From Chloroflexota bacterium (GTDB taxonomy: Bacteria > Chloroflexota > Anaerolineae > Anaerolineales > Villigracilaceae), in the NCBI GenBank assembly GCA_041157505.1, contig JBEBCV010000133.1, positions 1 to 33,137 on the forward strand: a DNA stretch of 33,137 bases. The letters run 5' to 3'. Under the pieces are notes generated by a model, which was not told the origin of the DNA, searched no databases, and saw only the letters and a program-made list of their open reading frames with translations. Of the stretch, positions 7,558 through 16,908 are shown piece after piece (within the stretch, counting starts at the first letter, position 1; every line of letters begins with the position of its first letter). Both the position numbers and the translations under genes were made by a program.

Positions 7558-8805
7558 TTATGAGTTTGGGGTGCGGCGCTTCACAGGCGCAGTCAAACAA
7601 TGGACAGCGCCGTAGCCATCCACAAGCTTGGTCAACTCGGCGTATTTGACCGTGAATCCGCGTTTCTCTAATTCAGCATTGACGCGAGGATTGGAGGATA
7701 GAGCCGCAATGACTTTCTTATTGCCAAGGTTCAATAGATTTGTGGCGAAATTCTTTTGTTCTGCTTCGTCCACTTCGAAGATCTCGATAGCGATCATCTT
7801 CAGAAATTCGCGGAAGGTTCCCAGACGTTCGGTAAGGATGCGTCCCTTCTCCTGCCATACACGGACCGCTTCACGGTTGTCCAGTTCGGTGGTGTACGCC
7901 ATTGCCAGATCCTGCGTAAGCGGAATCCAGAACATGTCCAGATGCATCACCTGCATGTGTTCGCTGGTGGGGCTGATGAAGAAATTACTTTCTTCTTCAT
8001 GTTGACGGTTGACGACGGCAATGAGTTCGATGCGGTGTTCTTTCAGCGATTTCCCGATCTGACGGCAGACTTCTTTGACCGCATTCATGCTCGTCCGCGC
8101 ACCAACACCGATAAAACAGCAGCCTTTGAACATGGCAACGTCGCCGCCTTCGATCGTCCCCTCGTGGATGTTCGCCAAGGCAGAGCCGTATCCCATATGA
8201 TAAAGGGCATCTTTGAAAATGCGCACTTCGGGTTTGCGGATATTCCAACGCAGAGAAGAGAGGATGATGCGGTTTGTAAGGGCTTGCGATTGGTCGCGCC
8301 CGTAAAAGATGTTTGCCATGGGCCAGGGCTTGGAGAGACTGAGCAAATAATTCAGGCGCAGCGCACCTTGTTCGCCGTAGTGTGCAATATCTTCTTCGAG
8401 TACGATGTTGATATCGCGTTTGACTTCGTTATACACGTCAATGGGGGAGATGCCGGTCAGACCGTCTTTGGTGAGGTCGTTTTGTTTGGCGTGGCGGTAT
8501 TGCTCAAAGGTAGAGTCCGCTTTGTGGTGTAGAGCCAGTTTCAGGTCATGGATGGAGGCGGGCAGTTCGGGAATTTCTCTCGCTTGCAAAAGTTCGGCAA
8601 TGGCATCTTTTGCGCGAATCACCTTGATCCCTTCGCATTGGATCAAAGCAGACATGGAAACGAATTCGCTGCGAGCTTTGGGAACCTCGTAATAACTACG
8701 AAATAAACTGCGTGATTGTGGGAGCAGTTGACCGAGCAAAGCCTCAATGCCAGGCTCGCCCCAAACCATAACTTCTTCTAAAGGGTGGGTCTCGTCAAGG
8801 ATCAT
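7558..8805 (-). CDS. Arginine deiminase / amidinotransferase (pentein) family protein
   Basis: 415 aa. FYGRD, IEGGDV, MHLD and GYGAVHCLTAPVKR give an intact Cys-His-acid catalytic set; helical insertion of ADI-like size. Confidence 0.85.
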   Translation of the reverse strand: MILDETHPLEEVMVWGEPGIEALLGQLLPQSRSLFRSYYEVPKARSEFVSMSALIQCEGIKVIRAKDAIAELLQAREIPELPASIHDLKLALHHKADSTFEQYRHAKQNDLTKDGLTGISPIDVYNEVKRDINIVLEEDIAHYGEQGALRLNYLLSLSKPWPMANIFYGRDQSQALTNRIILSSLRWNIRKPEVRIFKDALYHMGYGSALANIHEGTIEGGDVAMFKGCCFIGVGARTSMNAVKEVCRQIGKSLKEHRIELIAVVNRQHEEESNFFISPTSEHMQVMHLDMFWIPLTQDLAMAYTTELDNREAVRVWQEKGRILTERLGTFREFLKMIAIEIFEVDEAEQKNFATNLLNLGNKKVIAALSSNPRVNAELEKRGFTVKYAELTKLVDGYGAVHCLTAPVKRRTPNS

Positions 8806-8823
8806 ACTAACCTTCTTATTTAT

Positions 8824-8858
8824 AAAAACAGACTAAACCTTTGAAGATTTAGTCTGTT
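8824..8858 (-). terminator. Intrinsic terminator after argS
   Basis: Minus strand aacagactaaat-cttcaaag-gtttagtctgttttt. Confidence 0.75.
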
Positions 8859-8873
8859 GATTTATTTATTCTT

Positions 8874-10679
8874 TTACATTACTTCAGGCGCTTGAATGTC
8901 GAGCAGGCGGAGTGCATTGGCAATGGCTTGTTTTGCTGCCAACACCAATCGCAAGCGGGCGTTCTTCACATTTTCATCTTCTGTCTGCAAGACAGGCACC
9001 GCATGGTAGAACGAGTGGAAAGCATTCGCCAGATCGTAGGCATAAGTTGCCATGATGAGCGGACGATATTCCTCCGCCGATTGCTGAACCTTTTGTGGGA
9101 ACTGCGACATTTGCTCGATCAACTCGATCTCTTGTTTGGCAAGTTCGTAATCAAAAGATGCAGCAGACTTCATATTGCTGGCTTTCTTCAAAATAGAACT
9201 GGCGCGAACATGTGCATTCTGAATGTACGGACCCGTGCGACCATCGAACGAAAGTGCTTCGTTGATATCAAAGACGATGTCTTTGTTGTTATCTACAGAA
9301 AGCATCGAATAGACCAAAGCACCCAAGCCGATCTGCGCAGCGATCTTCTCACGTTCTTCGGGTGCGATCGTTACACTCTTTTCAGCTTCAACCGAAAGCA
9401 CACGCTTCACAGCTTCGTCATACACTTCCTTGAACAACACTACGCGACCCTTACGCGAAGACATGGCGCCTTCGGGCAGGCTCACGAAACCATAACCGAG
9501 GTGGTAACACTTCTCCGATTGCGGGAAGCCCCACAACTTGAGGATAGCGAACGCCTGCTGCAAGTGCAGCGCCTGGCGCGAGTCCACCACGTAGATCGAG
9601 CGGTCAACATGATATTGTTCAAATTTCACTTTGGCTAACGCCAGATCTTTGGTCAGATACAACGTCGTACCGTCATTTCGCAAAATAACATTTGTGCGGT
9701 ACTTCTCTTTGGTAAGTCCAAGTTTCTCGTCGATCTTGACGATCACTGCGCCGCCGTTCGGGCGTTCATCGTCCGCGATATTCTTGGCGATCAACTCTTC
9801 CACGATCGCCTTCGAGGGTTCATCCACGTCAGATTCGTAGAACCACACATCCATTTTCACATCGAGCATGTGCAGCACTTCGCGCAGTTCTTCCAAACTC
9901 CACTCGCGGGTCACGCGCCACAACTCACGCACGTATTCATCGCCTGCATCCCACTTTCGATACATCTCGCGTCGTTCAATTTCGTAAGTTTCACGTTGAG
10001 CGGTTTGTTCGGGCGTTTCGTTCTCTTTCTTTTCCAACAACTGATTGGCTTCCACGTACAACTTCAAGAGCCACTGTCCGCGCTCGTGTACGCCTGCGGG
10101 TTCCTGTCCCTTGTACAGTTTGTCGTAGATCCACATCACCGTGATAACACCAAGACCGAGGTCACCGGGGTACGAGGCGCGGATGGTTTTGTAACCCGCA
10201 AACTGAACCAGCCTTGCAAGTACTTCACCCAAGATCGTATTGCGCGCGTGTCCAATGTGGAAGGAGTGATGGGTGTTCGGTTGGGCATACTCAACCATGA
10301 CCGTTTCGGTCTTCGTTGCACCTTTACCAAAGTCTGCACCGTGGGTGAGCACTTCTTCGACCACGCGTTGGGCATATTCAGATGTCTTGAAGTAGACATT
10401 GAGATAGCCCTTCACCGCTTCAATGTGACTGATACCCGCCACGCTTCCTAATTGACCCTTGACCTGCTCGGCGATTTCCTGAGCCTTTTGCGGCACCGGA
10501 ACCTTGTTCCCTTTGCCGAGTTTTGCTTCGTTGGCTGCGGTCTGAAAAAAGGATGTAGCAAATCCCCATTCACCCGAGAAGGGGATAGGCTGCCACTTCA
10601 ACTCCGCCAGGGCAATGTCGTTTGCGGTGCAGTATTCTTTGATCTTGTTCTCGATGAGTTGTTGTTCTTTTTGAAACAT
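8874..10679 (-). CDS. argS: Arginine--tRNA ligase
   Basis: VEYAQPN..HSFHIGHARN (HIGH motif), DGTTLYLTKDLA, MSSRKG, TGPYIQNAHVR..SIL, DALR-type C-terminus ending APEVM. Confidence 0.97.
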   Translation of the reverse strand: MFQKEQQLIENKIKEYCTANDIALAELKWQPIPFSGEWGFATSFFQTAANEAKLGKGNKVPVPQKAQEIAEQVKGQLGSVAGISHIEAVKGYLNVYFKTSEYAQRVVEEVLTHGADFGKGATKTETVMVEYAQPNTHHSFHIGHARNTILGEVLARLVQFAGYKTIRASYPGDLGLGVITVMWIYDKLYKGQEPAGVHERGQWLLKLYVEANQLLEKKENETPEQTAQRETYEIERREMYRKWDAGDEYVRELWRVTREWSLEELREVLHMLDVKMDVWFYESDVDEPSKAIVEELIAKNIADDERPNGGAVIVKIDEKLGLTKEKYRTNVILRNDGTTLYLTKDLALAKVKFEQYHVDRSIYVVDSRQALHLQQAFAILKLWGFPQSEKCYHLGYGFVSLPEGAMSSRKGRVVLFKEVYDEAVKRVLSVEAEKSVTIAPEEREKIAAQIGLGALVYSMLSVDNNKDIVFDINEALSFDGRTGPYIQNAHVRASSILKKASNMKSAASFDYELAKQEIELIEQMSQFPQKVQQSAEEYRPLIMATYAYDLANAFHSFYHAVPVLQTEDENVKNARLRLVLAAKQAIANALRLLDIQAPEVM

Positions 10680-10690
10680 AGGTTTTCTCG

Positions 10691-10696
10691 ATTATA
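10691..10696 (-). promoter_or_regulatory. -10 element of argS
   Basis: TATAAT on the minus strand, 11 nt before ATG 10679. Confidence 0.6.
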
Positions 10697-10699
10697 TCT

Positions 10700-10726
10700 G
10701 TAGGTCACGCTTTATGAATGACCTAC
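10700..10726. repeat. GTAG-type REP-like palindrome
   Basis: gtaggtca-cgctttatgaa-tgacctac inverted repeat starting with GTAG; overlaps the stop codon of the CPT-like gene. Confidence 0.45.
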
Positions 10727-11278
10727 GAATAATTTTCTAAAAGCGTCTGGAGGATTTTTCAATCGTTCGATGACCTTTTCAGCACATTCTTCGGTGGTTA
10801 GATTGGATGTATCTAATTCGAGGTCATATTGCGCAAATTTGTGAATGACCTCGTATTGCATTTTGGCTTGACCCAGGGTGCGGTCTTTGCGGTCTCGTTC
10901 TCGTTGTTCCAACACCTCGAGCGGACAAGTCAAACCAATGACATAGGCATTCATGCCAGCGAAAAGTTCGGCACATTCATCCACCCAGGCTTTTTCAACG
11001 AAGACATGGTCAGCTAGAACATTGTTCCCGCGCAAGGCTACTGCGGCAATGGCGTGGTGCATGCCCGAGAACAGCGACCAGCCTACAGGTCCAGATTGAA
11101 CCGCTTTTCCGAGGACATCATCCCATAGTGGACGGTCAAGATAGCGTCCTGGAAGCATCCAAATGAATTTGTCGATGCCCATGTCCAGGTAAGGTTCGGG
11201 TAATTTCTTCTGCAACAGTTTCAGCAGGGAGGTTTTGCCAGATGAGGATGTGCCGTTAATGAAGATGATTGTGGACAT
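10712..11278 (-). CDS. Chloramphenicol phosphotransferase (CPT)-like P-loop kinase
   Basis: IIFINGTSSSGKTS, GNNVLADHV, CPLEVLEQRE..R.DR..GQA and YDLELDTS motifs. Confidence 0.88.
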   Translation of the reverse strand: MSTIIFINGTSSSGKTSLLKLLQKKLPEPYLDMGIDKFIWMLPGRYLDRPLWDDVLGKAVQSGPVGWSLFSGMHHAIAAVALRGNNVLADHVFVEKAWVDECAELFAGMNAYVIGLTCPLEVLEQRERDRKDRTLGQAKMQYEVIHKFAQYDLELDTSNLTTEECAEKVIERLKNPPDAFRKLFVGHS

Positions 11279-11301
11279 ATAATACCCATGAAGGGTATAA
11301 C

Positions 11302-11326
11302 AAAAACGGGAGTCTTGCGACTCCCG
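11302..11326 (-). terminator. Intrinsic terminator after rpsT
   Basis: Minus strand cgggagtc-gcaa-gactcccg-ttttt. Confidence 0.88.
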
Positions 11327-11344
11327 CTGCTGTTCGAGTGCTTG

Positions 11345-11617
11345 TTACGCGCTCTTTTTGGTCAACGCTGCAAGGGCTTTCATCAAGCGGCTCTTGCGGC
11401 GCGCGACTGTGTTCTTGTGGATCACACCTTTTTCAGCTGCCTTGTCCAAGGCGCTGATGGCTTGCATCACCGCTTGCTTGGTTTCAGGGGTCTCGCTGGA
11501 AAGGACTTTGCGCGCAGCGTTATCGGCAGTGCGGGCGGCGCCACGGACATTGCGGTTACGCAGGCGGCGCTTCTCGTTCTGACGATTGCGTTTGATTTGT
11601 GACTGAATGTTAGCCAA
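11345..11617 (-). CDS. rpsT: 30S ribosomal protein S20
   Basis: MANIQSQIKRNRQNEKRRLRN...LDKAAEKGVIHKN..ARRKSRL; TTG start with SD ggagg. Confidence 0.98.
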   Translation of the reverse strand: MANIQSQIKRNRQNEKRRLRNRNVRGAARTADNAARKVLSSETPETKQAVMQAISALDKAAEKGVIHKNTVARRKSRLMKALAALTKKSA

Positions 11618-11704
11618 GGTCTTCCTCCAAAAAATTCTTGCCTTACTTTACGACGGCGACATATTTTACATGGCGGGGGCGTATTTGTCCAGTAAATTGA
11701 AAAG

Positions 11705-11735
11705 AAAACCGCGGGCAATTTGCCCGCGGTTTTTT
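11705..11735. terminator. Intrinsic terminator after the LysM gene
   Basis: aaaaccgcgggca-att-tgcccgcggtttttt hairpin flanked by A/T tracts. Confidence 0.85.
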
Positions 11736-11737
11736 GC

Positions 11738-12550
11738 TTATGGGGTTGCTGTTGCAGGTGCTGCGTTGATGGGGGTGGAAGTTCCAGTCGGCAGGAAGGT
11801 GCCAGGACCCGGTGTGATGGGGGTACTGGTCGGTGGGCGGGTAGCGGTAGGTGTGACCAGATTTACAGGGATCTGCAAGACCTGTCCAACAAACAAGTTG
11901 TTCGGGTTGTCGATGTTGTTCTCTTCGATGATGGCATCGATGGTGCTGTTGAACTTGTCAGCGATAGCGCCCAGCGAGTCACCGGATGCGACAACATATT
12001 CCAACTTGGTTCCGCGAGGCAGGTTGGGTGGAATCGGAGTGGCTGTCGGCAATTGCATATCCGGGTTGGGCAGCAAAATGACCTGTCCAGGAATCACGAT
12101 CTGAGTGGTTGGGTCAATGCCGGTGGGAGCCTGATTGGCATCATCTGGAACCACATAAGGGTTCAGGAGAATGATGAGCGGAATGGCATCATCACCAAGT
12201 GCGAATTTTTCCGCGATCACAGCCAGTGAGTCACCATCTTGAACAGTATAGGTAAATGGTGCAGAGAACGTTGGCGTAGACGTTATCGTAGGCGAAGGAG
12301 TCACTGTGGAAGTGGAAGTGGGAGTATTGGTGTTGGTAGGCGTGAAGGTTAATGTTGGAGTGGGGGTTTCGGTTGCCAGCAATAAGTTGATCGGTTTTCC
12401 GGGGAGAGTCATCCAATAGATTAATAGTGCAAGACCTCCCACCAATAGGACGCCAGCAATGATCGCGATCGTATTCTGCCTGCCGCGATTGCGTTTGCGG
12501 AAGGAGCCGATCGTGCCAGCGGGGGAGGATGTCGGAGGTTTGATATTCAT
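11738..12550 (-). CDS. Membrane-anchored protein with two LysM domains and Thr/Pro-rich linkers
   Basis: N-terminal TM helix; YTVQDGDSLAVIAEKF and YVVASGDSLGAIADKFNST...LFVGQVLQIP LysM repeats. Confidence 0.9.
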   Translation of the reverse strand: MNIKPPTSSPAGTIGSFRKRNRGRQNTIAIIAGVLLVGGLALLIYWMTLPGKPINLLLATETPTPTLTFTPTNTNTPTSTSTVTPSPTITSTPTFSAPFTYTVQDGDSLAVIAEKFALGDDAIPLIILLNPYVVPDDANQAPTGIDPTTQIVIPGQVILLPNPDMQLPTATPIPPNLPRGTKLEYVVASGDSLGAIADKFNSTIDAIIEENNIDNPNNLFVGQVLQIPVNLVTPTATRPPTSTPITPGPGTFLPTGTSTPINAAPATATP

Positions 12551-12659
12551 TGATTCATTCCTTTTTCACTGCCACCTTGATGTATTTTCCAGCCGTAGCA
12601 GTGCAAAATAATTCTACCTGAAAAAAAGAAATTACGTATGAAAGGGGGGAAAACAGGTA

Positions 12660-12711
12660 TACAAAAAACAGGTAAACCAGTGAATAAACCCTTGTTTACC
12701 TGTTTTTTGTA
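12660..12711. terminator. Long inverted repeat / terminator after uvrA
   Basis: tacaaaaaacaggtaaac-N16-gtttacctgttttttgta, with 18-bp perfect arms. Confidence 0.75.
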
Positions 12712-12717
12712 ATTTTT

Positions 12718-15594
12718 TTACCTGTTCATGTGCTCTTTTAGGTATTTCCCTGTGTATGAACTCTTAACCTTCATCACTTGTTCAGGAGTACCTTCAGCGA
12801 TCAGTTCCCCGCCGCGGTGACCGCCTTCAGGACCCAAGTCTATGAGCCAATCTGCTACTTTAATAATATCAAGATTGTGCTCAATGATAAGAACGGAGTT
12901 TCCGGTATCAACAAGCCGCTGCATTACTTCGATCAATTTGTGCACATCAGCTGCATGCAAGCCTACGGAAGGCTCATCCAGGACGTAAAGCGTGCGTCCC
13001 GTTGCACGGCGTGAGAGTTCTTTCGAGAGTTTAACTCGCTGGGCTTCACCACCCGAGAGGGTGGTCGCGGGTTGACCCACACGCACATAGCCCAAGCCGA
13101 CTTCCTGCAATAATTTCAACTTGTTCTGCATTTGCGGATAATTCTTGAATTCTTCAAGCGCATGGTCCACGGTCATATCCAGCACATCGGCAATGGAATA
13201 CTTATCGCGGAACATTACTTGCAAGGTTTCGCGGTTGAAGCGCTTGCCATGACACACATCACAAGGCACATATACATCCGGCAGGAACTGCATTTCGATT
13301 CGCAACTCGCCCTGTCCCTGGCAGGCTTCGCAGCGTCCGCCATGGACATTGAAAGAAAAACGTCCCGGTTTGTAACCGCGCACTTTCGACTCAGGCAGTT
13401 CGGCGAATAGTTTACGAATTTCATCGAACAAGCCGGTATACGTGCCGGGGTTCGAACGTGGCGTGCGCCCGATGGGCGATTGGTCGATGTTGATGATCTT
13501 GTCGAGGTGCTCAATGCCTTCGATGGTTTCATGTTCGCCAGATTGTGTCCGCGCACCCATGAGTTTGGCGGCAAGTTCGTTGTATAAGATGTCGCTCATC
13601 AACGTGGATTTGCCCGAGCCAGAAACGCCCGTGATACAAACCAACTTCCCAAGCGGGATGGTGACATCGAGGTTTTTAAGATTGTTCGCGGTCGCTTTCA
13701 ATATCTTGAGCGACTTGCCATTTCCATCACGCCTCTTTTTCGGGACCTCAACCTGTTTCCGCCCTGAGAGATATTGTCCAGTCAGTGACTTTGGGTGCGC
13801 CAGGATCTGCTTGGGAGTGCCCTCTGCAATGATCTGTCCGCCGTGCTCACCTGCGGCTGGACCAAGGTCGATGACCCAATCCGATTCCAGGATGGTCTCG
13901 TCATCGTGTTCAACCACCAGAACCGTATTGCCGAGGTCGCGCAATCCTTTAAGCGTTTCCAAAAGGCGGGAGTTGTCACGCGGATGCAAACCAATGGAAG
14001 GTTCATCCAAAACGTAGAGCACACCCACGAGGCGCGACCCAACCTGCGTTGCAAGGCGGATGCGTTGAGCTTCTCCGCCCGAGAGGGTGACCGCTGAACG
14101 ATTCAACGTCAAATAATCCAACCCCACATTGACAAGGAAGTTCAAGCGTTCATGGATTTCTCTGATGACACGTTCGGCAATGGCTTTCTGCTTGTTGGTT
14201 AGTGGAGAATTCTTGCCCGCGATCTTTTTTACCCAATCCAGAGTTTGTAAAACGGGCCACGAATTCGCTTCAACGATGTTGACATCGTCCACGGTGACGG
14301 CGAGTGCAGCGGGGTTGAGACGCTTGCCAGAACATGATGGGCACGGGCGGTCGGACATATATTCCGATATTTTTTCGCGGATATATTCCGAGTTTGTCTC
14401 TTTGTAACGGCGTTCGAGATTTGTGATGACACCCTCGAATGCGCGGCTGAACTTGACTTCGAAGCCGCTTGAGTTGGTGTATTTCATTGGAAGTTGTTTG
14501 TCACCAGTACCGTAAAGGATGACGCGCTGTTGTTCGTCAGTAAGTTCTTTAAATGGCGCATCGAGGTCGATCTTGTAATGCTTGGCAGCGGTGACGAGGG
14601 TGCTCCAGTAATAGCCACCTTCTTCGCGGGGACCCCACTCCATGCTGGCGATTGCGCCATCGTTCAGCGATACGCTATCGTCGGGGATGATGCGGGCAGG
14701 GTCGATCTCCAGCTTTGAACCAAGTCCCTGGCAATCCGGGCAAGCTCCTTGAGGCGTGTTGAAGGAAAAGGTACGAGGTTCAATTTCAGGCACGGTCGAG
14801 CCGTGTTCGGGGCAGGCGAGATGCTCAGAGTAGGCGATGTCTTCCTTTTTATCCACAAGGTTGACGGTGATGTATCCCTCGCCGAATTTGAGCGCGGTTT
14901 CAATGGAGTCGGTCAGACGGGTGAGCGCTGCTTTCTTGTCTTCTTTCGAACCTTCCTGCGAAATGACGAGGCGGTCAACGACCGCTTCGATCGTATGTTG
15001 TTTATAGCGATCAAGTTCGATTTCGTCATCAAGGGAATGGACGCTACCATCTACACGAGCACGGGTGAAACCAGCTTTACGAATTTCCTCAAAGACAGCT
15101 TGATAGGTGCCCTTACGTCCACGCACGAGCGGGGCAAGGATAAGAATGCGAGTGCCTTCGGGCAGGTTGGCGATCTTATCCACGATCTCTTGTGCAGATT
15201 GCTTGGAAACTTCACGTCCGCAGACCGGGCAGTGCGGAATACCCGCGCGTGCAAAGAGCAGACGCATGTAATCATAGATCTCGGTCACAGTGCCGACGGT
15301 GGAACGCGGGTTATGGCTGGTGGATTTCTGGTCAATGGAAACGGCAGGGGAGAGCCCTTCGATGTAGTCCACGTCGGGTTTGTCCATTTGTCCGATGAAC
15401 TGACGCGCATATGCTGAAAGCGACTCGACATACCGTCTTTGTCCTTCGGCGAAGATGGTATCGAACGCCAGCGATGACTTCCCAGAGCCCGAAAGCCCAG
15501 TGATGACAACGAATTTGTCGCGTGGAATTTCTACGGTGATATTTTTCAAATTATGGACGCGTGCGCCCACGACACGGATTTTGTTGGAAGACAT
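12718..15594 (-). CDS. uvrA: Excinuclease ABC subunit A
   Basis: 958 aa. Two ABC domains ([20 protein letters not shown], two LSGGEAQR), [11 protein letters not shown] and Zn-finger CxxC motifs. Confidence 0.99.
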   Translation of the reverse strand: MSSNKIRVVGARVHNLKNITVEIPRDKFVVITGLSGSGKSSLAFDTIFAEGQRRYVESLSAYARQFIGQMDKPDVDYIEGLSPAVSIDQKSTSHNPRSTVGTVTEIYDYMRLLFARAGIPHCPVCGREVSKQSAQEIVDKIANLPEGTRILILAPLVRGRKGTYQAVFEEIRKAGFTRARVDGSVHSLDDEIELDRYKQHTIEAVVDRLVISQEGSKEDKKAALTRLTDSIETALKFGEGYITVNLVDKKEDIAYSEHLACPEHGSTVPEIEPRTFSFNTPQGACPDCQGLGSKLEIDPARIIPDDSVSLNDGAIASMEWGPREEGGYYWSTLVTAAKHYKIDLDAPFKELTDEQQRVILYGTGDKQLPMKYTNSSGFEVKFSRAFEGVITNLERRYKETNSEYIREKISEYMSDRPCPSCSGKRLNPAALAVTVDDVNIVEANSWPVLQTLDWVKKIAGKNSPLTNKQKAIAERVIREIHERLNFLVNVGLDYLTLNRSAVTLSGGEAQRIRLATQVGSRLVGVLYVLDEPSIGLHPRDNSRLLETLKGLRDLGNTVLVVEHDDETILESDWVIDLGPAAGEHGGQIIAEGTPKQILAHPKSLTGQYLSGRKQVEVPKKRRDGNGKSLKILKATANNLKNLDVTIPLGKLVCITGVSGSGKSTLMSDILYNELAAKLMGARTQSGEHETIEGIEHLDKIINIDQSPIGRTPRSNPGTYTGLFDEIRKLFAELPESKVRGYKPGRFSFNVHGGRCEACQGQGELRIEMQFLPDVYVPCDVCHGKRFNRETLQVMFRDKYSIADVLDMTVDHALEEFKNYPQMQNKLKLLQEVGLGYVRVGQPATTLSGGEAQRVKLSKELSRRATGRTLYVLDEPSVGLHAADVHKLIEVMQRLVDTGNSVLIIEHNLDIIKVADWLIDLGPEGGHRGGELIAEGTPEQVMKVKSSYTGKYLKEHMNR

Positions 15595-15616
15595 GAGACT
15601 CCTGTTTGGAGAAATA

Positions 15617-15635
15617 ATTATAGCACGCGCGTTCT
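15617..15635 (-). promoter_or_regulatory. uvrA extended -10 overlapped by a LexA (SOS) box
   Basis: Minus strand AGAAC-GCGC-GTGCT (15622-15635; GAAC-N4-GTTC type, 1 mismatch) overlapping TGcTATAAT (15617-15625). Confidence 0.75.
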
Positions 15636-15820
15636 ATTAATAGAATTAAAGTTTAGCCAAAACTGACAAATGATTATACCTAGACAAGAGCCTAATTGCT
15701 AATCCTAAATAGAGCGTACGGAATGCTGGGTTAGATTTTTTACTTGAGAGTTCAAAGTTATCTGTAGACTTTATTCTAGGTGCATTTATGAATGGACATA
15801 CAACAATAGAAAATGAATAT

Positions 15821-15848
15821 AAAAAGCCTCCATTGTCAATGGAGGCTT
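15821..15848 (-). terminator. Intrinsic terminator
   Basis: aaaaagcctccattg-t-caatggaggctt palindrome downstream of the lipoprotein gene. Confidence 0.85.
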
Positions 15849-15870
15849 GAATGATTTAATGTTGTGTGAG

Positions 15871-16908
15871 TTAAGGCTTGATCTCGCAAAGAGCTGGGAA
15901 TTTTTGGCAAATATTTCCAACAGATATGGTAATGCCTGGTTTTGAAGATGGTTGTAATTCTTCCTCTTCTGCTTCAACAACACCTGTAACAGGGCAGCCC
16001 AAAGGTTCGTAACCGGTTGCTTTAAACCCAACTGGGACTCGGCAAGAATTATCAACCCCAGCAAGGTTCTTGATTGGGTATTGACCGCTTTCCTTATCCG
16101 GGGATCCAGCTGCTTCTACAGTTGTAGTATCGTGTAAATTGAATTTGGTGGTTTCAAATGGGGTAGCACTCGCCCAGACAGACCACATAAAAGTAGGGGT
16201 GGAGGGGAATATTACCTTGTTGAATGCAATCTGAATGGCAGGAGTCTCACCGTTCACAAATCTTGACCATCCCAGATCAGGGTTTGCACCTTTGCCACTA
16301 TCGAACATTAGCTTTTCGTAACCATTTCCGGTGTAATTTGCGTCGCCAAGTTCAACATTGTCACCACCAATATCGCCATTATCATCTGCAAATATTTGGA
16401 CGCCGTTTGTACTCCACTCAGTACCAAAGGATGGATTGGCAACGATCAGTAACTCACCACGCCCATCAACATTACCGTCTAACTCTATTGCGTAATATCC
16501 CGTTGGAGCCTGACCTGCTGTAGCAAGCCCGCCCAGGTTCAAAGTCACGTAATAGAAATTATCATCTTCACCGATCGAAAAGTTAACGATATCGATCTCA
16601 GGTAAATAGCTACCCATCCCAACAGTAAATGGGCGTTCATAGCGGTTCTTGCTAAGATCATCTCCAAAGTTTACGTCAAAGGTTTCGTTCGAATTAATCT
16701 CATCATTATCAGATGCATTACCAATGGTCTGTGCAGGTTCAGACGGAATGGTTGTGTGAACAATAGGTTCTTCAGTTGCAGGAACTTCAGGGGTAACTAC
16801 TTCTGTCTCTGAAACAGCTTCTGTAGGGGTTTCGGGGCTCCCAATGTTACAAGCGGATAGTGCTAAAACCATTAATATTGCAATAACTTTAGAAAAACTG
16901 GATTTCAT
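15871..16908 (-). CDS. Hypothetical lipoprotein with an acidic beta-sandwich domain (DOMON/CBM9-like, tentative)
   Basis: Lipobox LSAC, Pro/Thr/Glu-rich linker, DI..FSI.ED..FYYV.L and YAIELDGNVDGRGE (DxNxDG Ca-loop-like); SD aggag. AT-richer than neighbouring genes. Confidence 0.75.
   Translation of the reverse strand: MKSSFSKVIAILMVLALSACNIGSPETPTEAVSETEVVTPEVPATEEPIVHTTIPSEPAQTIGNASDNDEINSNETFDVNFGDDLSKNRYERPFTVGMGSYLPEIDIVNFSIGEDDNFYYVTLNLGGLATAGQAPTGYYAIELDGNVDGRGELLIVANPSFGTEWSTNGVQIFADDNGDIGGDNVELGDANYTGNGYEKLMFDSGKGANPDLGWSRFVNGETPAIQIAFNKVIFPSTPTFMWSVWASATPFETTKFNLHDTTTVEAAGSPDKESGQYPIKNLAGVDNSCRVPVGFKATGYEPLGCPVTGVVEAEEEELQPSSKPGITISVGNICQKFPALCEIKP

Noticed and set aside
7756-10451. 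Long antisense ORFs (258, 248 and 193 aa) opposite the ADI-like gene and argS; similar ones opposite uvrA, the GT2 and the SDH protease
   Set aside because: Shadow ORFs caused by codon bias of the real genes; they have no motifs, SD sequences or promoters.
10712-11278. Calling the CPT-like gene a chloramphenicol resistance gene
   Set aside because: The family is broad and substrate cannot be inferred from P-loop motifs; the context is housekeeping.
11283-11298. TACCC-atgaa-GGGTA palindrome just upstream of the CPT-like gene
   Set aside because: Arms are only 5-6 bp, so it could be chance, and no candidate regulator lies nearby.
15786-16064. 92-aa minus-strand ORF overlapping the 3' end of the lipoprotein gene
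   Set aside because: It runs through the terminator in an alternative frame and has no recognisable features.
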